Shown in pieces: positions 61,790-64,000 of a stretch of 64,000 bases of DNA. Each line of letters begins with the position of its first letter. The first letter of the stretch is position 1. Made by a program: the position numbers and the translations under genes. The notes beneath the pieces were generated by a model. That model was not told the origin of the DNA. It made no database searches and worked only from the letters and a program-made list of their open reading frames with translations. The stretch is from Chiloscyllium plagiosum (Eukaryota): assembly GCF_004010195.1 (NCBI RefSeq), contig NC_057750.1, positions 19,415,366-19,479,365 of the forward strand, in the 5' to 3' direction.

Positions 61790-62090
61790 GATTGGGTTTG
61801 AAATTTAGAATTGGTTTATTATTGGGATTGGGGTTACATTTTGACTTGTGTTTGACATTGAAAATATATTAAGGAATGTGATTGAGATCGGAAGTATGAC
61901 TGGGATTGACAGAGTAATTGACAATGGGATTAAAATTGAGATTAAGATTTCAGTTGGAGTTTGAGATTGAAATTAACATTGATTTTGGCATTGGAATTTA
62001 GGTTACTACTAGGATTGGATGGAGTTTGACATTTGATTAGGATTGGGACTGAAATAGGATCTTTTTGGGATTGAGATTAGAATTAGAATT
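61790..62090. repeat. Degenerate (GATTGR)n-like low-complexity repeat
   Basis: Recurrent ggattg / gagatt / gaaatt hexamers. Confidence 0.55.
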
Positions 62091-62388
62091 ACCACATGGA
62101 AGTCATGTCCAAATTTGGAAGATGGCGTACATCAGGCAGCATTTTGGAGAATCTATGGCCTCAGCATCTCTGAAAGTGCCACATACCATTTGGCGTTCTC
62201 AGTAGCTGTACTTCAGAGTGTAAGATAGGTGGAGGGCATCCAGTCTATTGATCCCAGTCACCATTCAGTAGAATCATTCATGCCTGATCCATCTTGTCAG
62301 TTTGATTATGACCATGCTGATTTAGAAAGCTCTGATTAAGTTATTCATGGAAATTTCATGTAATGTACAGATTTATTTATTCTTTCAG

Positions 62389-62466
62389 GGGAATTTGGCT
62401 CTGTGATGGAAGGACAATTGAACCAGGATGATTATATTCTCAAAGTGGCTGTCAAGACAATGAAAA
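62389..62466 (+). CDS. AXL: AXL exon, kinase Gly-rich loop and VAVK catalytic lysine
   Basis: ttattctttcag| acceptor and A|gtaagt donor; 78 nt, phase 1 to 1. Encodes (G)EFGSVMEGQLNQDDYILKVAVKTMK; the 'GQLNQDD' motif distinguishes AXL from MERTK and TYRO3. Confidence 0.96.
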
Positions 62467-62629
62467 GTAAGTAGACTATAAAAACATTTTCAATGAAGGA
62501 CTTTCTGAATGGGATATTGCTAGAGCTCTTAGGAGAATTTATGAATAATTGCTATGACTTGCTGCTCACTGTACAGGAGTACAGCTCAAAGGAAGAATTA
62601 GAACCAGTCCCTTCAGCATTCTATGTCTT

Positions 62630-64000
62630 GTGTTTCTATAATAGTCAGAAGGAAATTGAGAAACAAATTTTTAAGGAGATCTTAGCAATCTGTAAGAATA
62701 ATAGGGTGGTTATGGTGGGGATTTTAACTTTCCAAACATAGACTGGGACTGCCATAGTGTTAAGGATGGAGAGGAATTTGTTAAGTGTAACAAGAAAATT
62801 TTCTAATTCAGTATGTGGATGTACCTACAAGAGAAGGTGCAAGACTTGACCTACTCTTGGGAAATAAGGTGACTGAGGTGTCAGCGGGAGCACTTTGGAG
62901 CCAGCGACCATAATTCTATTAGTTTTAATATAGTGATGTAAAAAGATAGATAAGATCTAAAAGTTGAAGCTTGAAATTGGAGAAAGGCCAATTTTGACAG
63001 TATTAGGTAAGAACTTTCAAATGCTGATTGGGGGCAGATGTTCGCAGGTAAAGGGACAGCTGAAAAATGGGAAGCCTTCAGAAATGAGATAACGAGAATC
63101 CAGAAAAAGTACATTCTGTTAGGGTGAAAGAAAAGGCTGGTAGGTATAGGGAATGCTGGATGACTAAAGAAATTGAGGGTTTGGTTAAGAAAAAGAAAGA
63201 AACATATGTCAGGATAGATCAAGCAAATTCTTAGAAGAGTATAAAGGCAGTAGGAGTAAACTTAAGAGGGAAATCAGGAGGGCAAAAAGGGGACATGAGA
63301 TAACTTTGGCAAATAGAGTTAAGGAGAATCCAAAGGGTTTTTACAAATGCCTTAAGGACAAAAGAGTAACTAGGGATAGAATAGGACCCCTCAAAGATCA
63401 GCAAGCCGGCCTTTGTGTGGAGCCGCAGGAAATGGGGTAGATACTAAATGAGTATTTTGCATCAGTGTTTACTGTGGAAAGGACATGGAAGATATATAAT
63501 GTAGGAAATAGATGGTGACATCTTGCAAAATGTCCATATTACAGAGGAGGAAATGCTGGATGTCTTGAAACAGGTAAAGGTGGATAAATCCCCAGGACCT
63601 GATCAGGTGTACCCTAGAATTCTGTGGGATGCTAGAGAAGTGATTGCTGGGCCTCTTGCTGAGATATCTGTATCATTGATAGTCACGGGTGAGGTGCTGG
63701 AAGACTGGAGGTGGGCTAACGTGGTGCCACTATTTACGAAAGTGGTAAGGACAAGCCAGAGAACTCTAGACCAGTCAGCCTGACGTCGGTGGTGGACAAG
63801 TTGTTGGATGGAATCCTGAGGGAGAGGATGTACATGTATTTGGAATGGCAAGGACTGATTAGGGATAGTTAACATGGCTTTGTGCGTGGGAAATCATGTC
63901 TCACAAACTTTATTGAGTTTTTTGAAGAAGTAACAAAGAGGATTGATTAGGGCAGAGTGGTAGATGTGATCTATATGGACTTCAGTAAGGCGTTCGACAA
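62630..64000 (+). mobile_element. CR1 LINE ORF2 (endonuclease end to RT), runs off the window
   Basis: KNNRVVMVG, VKVDKSPGPDQVYPRIL...EDWRWANVVPLF, and 'atggacttcagtaaggcgttcgacaa'. Confidence 0.9.

Noticed and set aside
1..64000. CRISPR arrays, rRNA, or prokaryotic operon-like systems
   Set aside because: No regularly spaced repeat-spacer array or rRNA-like sequence; the window is eukaryotic intron-exon DNA.

Overview
Vertebrate genomic DNA. The HE1/V-SINE, CR1 and Penelope repeat families suggest a shark (elasmobranch); this is an inference. The window holds the middle of an AXL receptor tyrosine kinase gene on the + strand. Seven clear coding exons, plus one probable 30-nt cassette microexon, have canonical AG/GT sites and compatible phases, and run from the first FN3 domain through the transmembrane segment into the kinase N-lobe. 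The 5' and 3' exons lie outside the window. The introns (one is ~29.6 kb) are packed with decayed CR1 LINEs, tRNA-derived HE1 SINEs, a nested Gypsy LTR element, solo LTRs and a Tigger-like MITE. Three observations stand out: (1) at least three families of short hairpin-shaped Penelope-derived insertions with 9-15 bp target-site duplications, several carrying minimal hammerhead ribozyme motifs, one with an intact consensus; (2) the juxtamembrane AXL microexon; (3) LINE insertion junctions carrying ~110-bp copies of nearby DNA. Repeat boundaries were read by eye and are approximate unless a TSD or TIR is quoted.
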